A model generated the notes under the pieces. That model saw nothing but the letters and a program-made list of their open reading frames with translations, ran no database searches and was not told where the DNA came from. Of a stretch of DNA of 32,000 bases, positions 27,487 through 32,000 are shown in pieces. Each line of letters opens with the position of its first letter. Position 1 is the stretch's first letter. This DNA is from Delftia acidovorans NBRC 14950 (GTDB lineage Bacteria > Pseudomonadota > Gammaproteobacteria > Burkholderiales > Burkholderiaceae_C). The position numbers and the translations under genes were made by a program. Where the stretch lies: assembly GCF_001598795.1 (NCBI RefSeq), contig NZ_BCZP01000041.1, positions 2,529 through 34,528 of the forward strand. Reading direction: 5' to 3'.

Positions 27487-28359
27487 TTATTCTCCTTTAC
27501 CGTCCGCTGCTGTAGCGGGCGCGTCAGTCTTGCGAACGCGCTTAACGGAATCAGCGCCAGCGCCGGCGGGCTTATCGCTGCCGTCAGCAGGTGCTGCGTT
27601 AGCGCCTGCGGGGCGGCGGGCACCACGGCCAGCACCGTCACGACGACCATCGCCGCGACCATCACGGCGGGGGCCGCGAGGACGACGTTCTTCTTCGGGG
27701 CGGGGGGTCTCGGCTGCCGGCAGGTCGTTACGACCCAGCGTGTCACCCTTGTAGACCCAGACCTTCACACCGATCACACCGTAGGTCGTCTTGGCTTCGG
27801 AGAAGCCATAGTCGATGTCGGCGCGCAGTGTGTGAAGTGGCACACGGCCTTCGCGATACCACTCGCAACGTGCAATTTCGATACCGTTCAGACGGCCCGA
27901 AGACATGATCTTGATGCCTTGGGCACCCAGACGCATGGCGTTTTGCATTGCACGCTTCATGGCGCGGCGGAACATGATGCGCTTTTCGAGCTGCTGGCAG
28001 ATCGAATCGGCGATCAGCTTGGCATCGATTTCAGGCTTGCGCACTTCTTCGATGTTCACAGCCACGGGCACGCCCAGACGGGTTGCGAGTTCCTTCTTCA
28101 GGTTCTCGATGTCCTCGCCCTTCTTGCCGATCACGACACCAGGACGTGCCGAGAAGATCGTGATGCGGGCGTTCTTTGCAGGACGCTCGATCAGGATGCG
28201 CGACACGGCGGCATTCTTCAGCTTGGCCTTCAGGAACTCGCGCACCTTGATGTCTTCGGCCAGCATGCCGGCGAAGTCACGGTTGCTTGCGTACCAACGG
28301 CTGGCCCAGTTGCGGCTAACAGCCAGGCGGAAGCCGGTAGGATGGATTTTCTGTCCCAT
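27487..28359 (-). CDS. rpsC: 30S ribosomal protein S3, 290 aa, with a long Arg/Gly/Asp/Ala-rich C-terminal extension
   Basis: Start ATG 28359 ([12 protein letters not shown]). KH and S3-C domains, then a low-complexity tail of about 60 aa. Confidence 0.96.
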   Translation of the reverse strand: MGQKIHPTGFRLAVSRNWASRWYASNRDFAGMLAEDIKVREFLKAKLKNAAVSRILIERPAKNARITIFSARPGVVIGKKGEDIENLKKELATRLGVPVAVNIEEVRKPEIDAKLIADSICQQLEKRIMFRRAMKRAMQNAMRLGAQGIKIMSSGRLNGIEIARCEWYREGRVPLHTLRADIDYGFSEAKTTYGVIGVKVWVYKGDTLGRNDLPAAETPRPEEERRPRGPRRDGRGDGRRDGAGRGARRPAGANAAPADGSDKPAGAGADSVKRVRKTDAPATAADGKGE

Positions 28360-28375
28360 ATTCTTCCCAGGCCTT

Positions 28376-28708
28376 TCAGTTGCCAACCGTCACGTACACG
28401 TGGCACGTGGGCTTGCTGATGCGATTGCCGCGGCCCTTTGCACGCGCGGTGAAGCGCTTGAGCGTGGTGCCTTGTTCGACGAAGATGGTCTTGACCTTCA
28501 GTTCGTCGATGTCGGCGCCGTCGTTGTGCTCGGCGTTGGCGATGGCGGACTCGAGCACCTTCTTGATGATCACGGCAGCTTTTTTCTGCGTGAACGTCAG
28601 GATGTTCAGGGCTTGGTCCACTTTCTTGCCGCGGATCAGGTCCGCGACCAGGCGACCCTTGTCCACAGACAGGCGGACGCCACGGAGAACAGCACGTGTT
28701 TCAGACAT
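28376..28708 (-). CDS. rplV: 50S ribosomal protein L22, 110 aa
   Basis: [28 protein letters not shown]. Confidence 0.97.
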   Translation of the reverse strand: MSETRAVLRGVRLSVDKGRLVADLIRGKKVDQALNILTFTQKKAAVIIKKVLESAIANAEHNDGADIDELKVKTIFVEQGTTLKRFTARAKGRGNRISKPTCHVYVTVGN

Positions 28709-28718
28709 GTTCTATTCC

Positions 28719-28994
28719 TTACTTCTTGGCTTTTTTGTCCGCCGGGTGACCCTTGAAGGTACGGGTCAGCGCGAATTCGCCGAGCTTGTGGCCGACCATC
28801 TGGTCAGTCACATACACGGGCACGTGCTGCTTGCCGTTGTGCACGGCGATGGTCAGACCGATGAACTCGGGCAGAACCATGGAGCGACGCGACCAGGTCT
28901 TGACGGGCTTCTTGTCCTTGGTGGCGACGGCCTTTTCGGCCTTTGCCAGCAAGTGATGGTCAACAAACGGACCCTTTTTAAGAGAACGAGTCAT
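28719..28994 (-). CDS. rpsS: 30S ribosomal protein S19, 91 aa
   Basis: [16 protein letters not shown]...TFKGH. Confidence 0.98.
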   Translation of the reverse strand: MTRSLKKGPFVDHHLLAKAEKAVATKDKKPVKTWSRRSMVLPEFIGLTIAVHNGKQHVPVYVTDQMVGHKLGEFALTRTFKGHPADKKAKK

Positions 28995-29004
28995 TTGCTA
29001 CCCT

Positions 29005-29829
<825 letters not shown>

Positions 29830-29831
29830 GA

Positions 29832-30146
29832 TTACGCAGCCTCCCCGGACAGGTTCAGCTCTTGACCGGGCTTGAGCATCACGTAGGCCTTGCGAACGTG
29901 GTCGCGGCGGCCAGTGGTCTTGCCAAAGCGCTTGGTCTTGCCCTTGATGTTCACCACGGAGACACCAGCAACTTCCACCTTGAACATCAGTTCCACGGCG
30001 GCCTTGATTTCATGCTTGGTGGCGCTCTGCAGCACCTTGAACGTCACGGCGTTGGACTTCTCGGCAACCATGGTGGCCTTTTCGGACACGATGGGAGCAA
30101 CCAACACCTGCATCAGACGACCTTCGTCAAACTTGAGCGTGCTCAT
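29832..30146 (-). CDS. rplW: 50S ribosomal protein L23, 104 aa
   Basis: Operon position. The sequence [12 protein letters not shown] is present. ATGA overlap with the rplD stop. Confidence 0.96.
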
Positions 30147-30763
30147 TCGAACATCTCCTTGAGTTTGTCGATCGCACCCTTGGTGACGAGCACTTTCTTG
30201 TAGTGCACCAGCGACACGGGGTCGGCGTAGCGCGGCTCGACCACGAACACGTTCTTCAGATTGCGGGAAGCCAGGTACAGGTTCTCGTCGACTTCTTCAG
30301 CGATCACCATGACCGATTCCAGGTTCATGGCCTTGAACTTGTCGGCCAGCACCTTGGTCTTGGGGCTTTCGAGCTTGAGCGAGTCCACCACGGCCAGACG
30401 GCCTTCGCGGGCCAGCTGCGACAGGATGGCAACCATACCGGCGCGGTACATCTTCTTGTTGATCTTCTGCGTGAAGTTTTCTTCAGGCAGATTCGGGAAG
30501 ATGCGGCCGCCGCCACGCCACAGAGGCGAGGAAGACATACCAGCACGAGCACGGCCGGTGCCCTTTTGCTTGAACGGCTTGGCAGTCGTGTGACGAACCT
30601 GCTCGCGGTCCTTCTGAGCGCGAGTGCCCTGACGTGCGTTGGCACGATAGGCGATCACGATCTGGTGGACGAGGTCTTCGTTGAATTCACGACCGAAAAC
30701 AGTCTCGGGCGCATCGAACTTGGATGCGGCCTGGCCTTGTTCATTCAGGAGTTCGAGCTGCAT
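30143..30763 (-). CDS. rplD: 50S ribosomal protein L4, 206 aa
   Basis: [28 protein letters not shown]. Confidence 0.97.
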
Positions 30764-31437
30764 TAGTTCGCTCCCTTGGAAGCTTTGGCCTTGATGGCGG
30801 GGCGCACCGTCACGAAGCCACCCTTGGAGCCCGGAACAGCGCCCTTGATCAAGAGCAGTTGGCGTGCTTCGTCAATGCGAACCACGTCGAGATTTTGGGT
30901 GGTGATGGTTTCATCGCCCATGTGACCGGTCATCTTCTTGCCCGGGAACACGCGACCTGGATCCTGGGCCATCGAGATGGAGCCGGGAACATTGTGCGAA
31001 CGGCTGTTGCCGTGCGAGGCGCGCTGCGAGCGGAAGTTGTGACGCTTGATGGTGCCGGCGAAGCCCTTACCGATGGAAGTGCCTTGCACGTCCACCTTCT
31101 GGCCCACCGAGAACAGCTCGGCGACGGGCAGGACGGAGCCTGCGGCGTACTTGCCAGCGGTTTCTTCGGTCACGCGGAATTCACCCATCACTTCACCGGC
31201 TTCGACACCTGCCTTGGCAAGGTGGCCGGCTTCTGGCTTGGTCACGCGAGATGCCTTGCGCGAACCGAAAGTGACCTGCAGGGCCACGTAGCCATCGTTC
31301 TCTTGGGTTTTGACCTGAGTCACACGGTTGTTGGACACATCCACCACCGTGACGGGCACTGCGTCCCCGTCATCGGTGAACAGACGCATCATGCCCACCT
31401 TGCGACCCAGCAACCCGAGGGAGTTGCTCAGACTCAT
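30763..31437 (-). CDS. rplC: 50S ribosomal protein L3, 224 aa
   Basis: Start ATG 31437 with a GGAG RBS ([24 protein letters not shown]). The ORF-track extension to 31521 is rejected. Confidence 0.96.
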
Positions 31438-31647
31438 TTGTTTGCTCCAAAACTTTCGCCGCTGAAACTGCAATTGGCCCAGCGTTGCGCTCCCGCCCCA
31501 GATGTCCAAGGCCTTGCGCACGAAAGAAGGTTGATAAAACTTCGCTCAAGAAAGGCGAAGCCCCAAATTTTAACGCGAACTGCCTTTTCAAGCAAGTTCG
31601 CGTTAAATCAAAGCCCTTCAACGGCCCCGCAAGGGGCCGTGAAGTTC
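31438..31647 (-). promoter_or_regulatory. Structured 210-nt spacer inside the S10 operon (three hairpins, the last terminator-like)
   Basis: Hairpin A at 31616-31644: 8-bp GC stem ACGGCCCC/GGGGCCGT plus a 4-bp extension with one bulge. Hairpin B at 31569-31607: 13-bp perfect stem TTTAACGCGAACT with a 13-nt loop. Hairpin C at 31540-31560: CTTCGC/GCGAAG, followed on the minus strand by TTTTAT. Confidence 0.5.
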
Positions 31648-31959
31648 TTATTGCAGCTTGATCTCGACGTCCACGCCTGCGGGCAGGTCCAGCTTCATCA
31701 GAGCGTCAACCGTCTTGTCAGTCGGGTCAACGATGTCCATCAGGCGCTGGTGAGTGCGGATTTCGAACTGGTCGCGGCTGGTCTTGTTGACGTGCGGCGA
31801 GCGCAGGATGTCGAAACGCTTCATGCGTGTCGGCAGGGGCACAGGGCCCTTGACGATCGCACCGGTGCGCTTGGCAGTGTCAACGATTTCAGCAGCCGAC
31901 TGGTCGATCAGCTTGTAGTCAAACGCCTTCAGGCGGATGCGGATTTTTTGCTTGGACAT
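31648..31959 (-). CDS. rpsJ: 30S ribosomal protein S10, 103 aa
   Basis: [34 protein letters not shown]. Confidence 0.98.
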   Translation of the reverse strand: MSKQKIRIRLKAFDYKLIDQSAAEIVDTAKRTGAIVKGPVPLPTRMKRFDILRSPHVNKTSRDQFEIRTHQRLMDIVDPTDKTVDALMKLDLPAGVDVEIKLQ

Positions 31960-31983
31960 TGTGTATTCCTAGTTTTCCAAGAA

Positions 31984-32000
31984 TTACGCAATGATCTTTG
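31984..32000 (-). CDS. tuf: Probable 3' end of the elongation factor Tu gene (last 5 codons ...KIIA-stop); the rest is outside the window
   Basis: The minus-strand frame reads AAG ATC ATT GCG TAA, with the stop 24 nt upstream of rpsJ. This is the canonical tuf-rpsJ linkage. Only 17 nt are visible, so the call rests mainly on position. Confidence 0.45.

Noticed and set aside
31370-31621. 83-aa minus-strand ORF in the rpsJ-rplC spacer
   Set aside because: It begins at a TTG inside the first hairpin, has no RBS, crosses all three hairpins and overlaps the rplC start out of frame.

Overview
High-GC (about 63-65%) betaproteobacterial chromosome, Burkholderiales and probably Comamonadaceae-like judging by gene content and protein sequences; I cannot verify the taxon. 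The window is almost entirely conserved housekeeping sequence. In order it holds: the 3' part of an RND efflux operon (adaptor tail, 1051-aa pump, OprM-type lipoprotein); a membrane-anchored cytochrome c5; a YheT-type alpha/beta hydrolase translationally coupled to a conserved hypothetical; a LemA/TPM/TPM operon plus a small Cys-rich lipoprotein; the complete F1Fo ATP synthase operon atpIBEFHAGDC (minus strand); ybeD-lipB-lipA; a permease-less PTS operon (EIIA-Man-like, HPr, EI; minus strand); an orphan lipoprotein; a redox/heme cluster (TlpA-like thioredoxin, cytochrome c', cytochrome b561, GNAT, Prx5-type peroxiredoxin); and the S10 ribosomal protein operon rpsJ-rplCDWB-rpsS-rplV-rpsC-rplP-rpmC-rpsQ (minus strand), preceded by the last codons of tuf. 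I found no tRNA or rRNA genes, CRISPR arrays, transposases, integrases, phage genes or recognisable defence genes. I see no convincing novel protein-coding system. The non-routine signals are all non-coding: (1) a promoter-to-terminator unit of about 210 nt in an oversized AT-richer convergent gap between lipA and ptsI, a candidate sRNA; (2) a 210-nt spacer with three hairpins inside the S10 operon between rpsJ and rplC; (3) a 158-nt GC-rich palindromic insert between atpD and atpC; (4) a perfect 9-bp inverted repeat and a 4x hexanucleotide repeat in the cytochrome c'/b561 divergent control region. The many long ORFs antisense to real genes are GC-composition artefacts.
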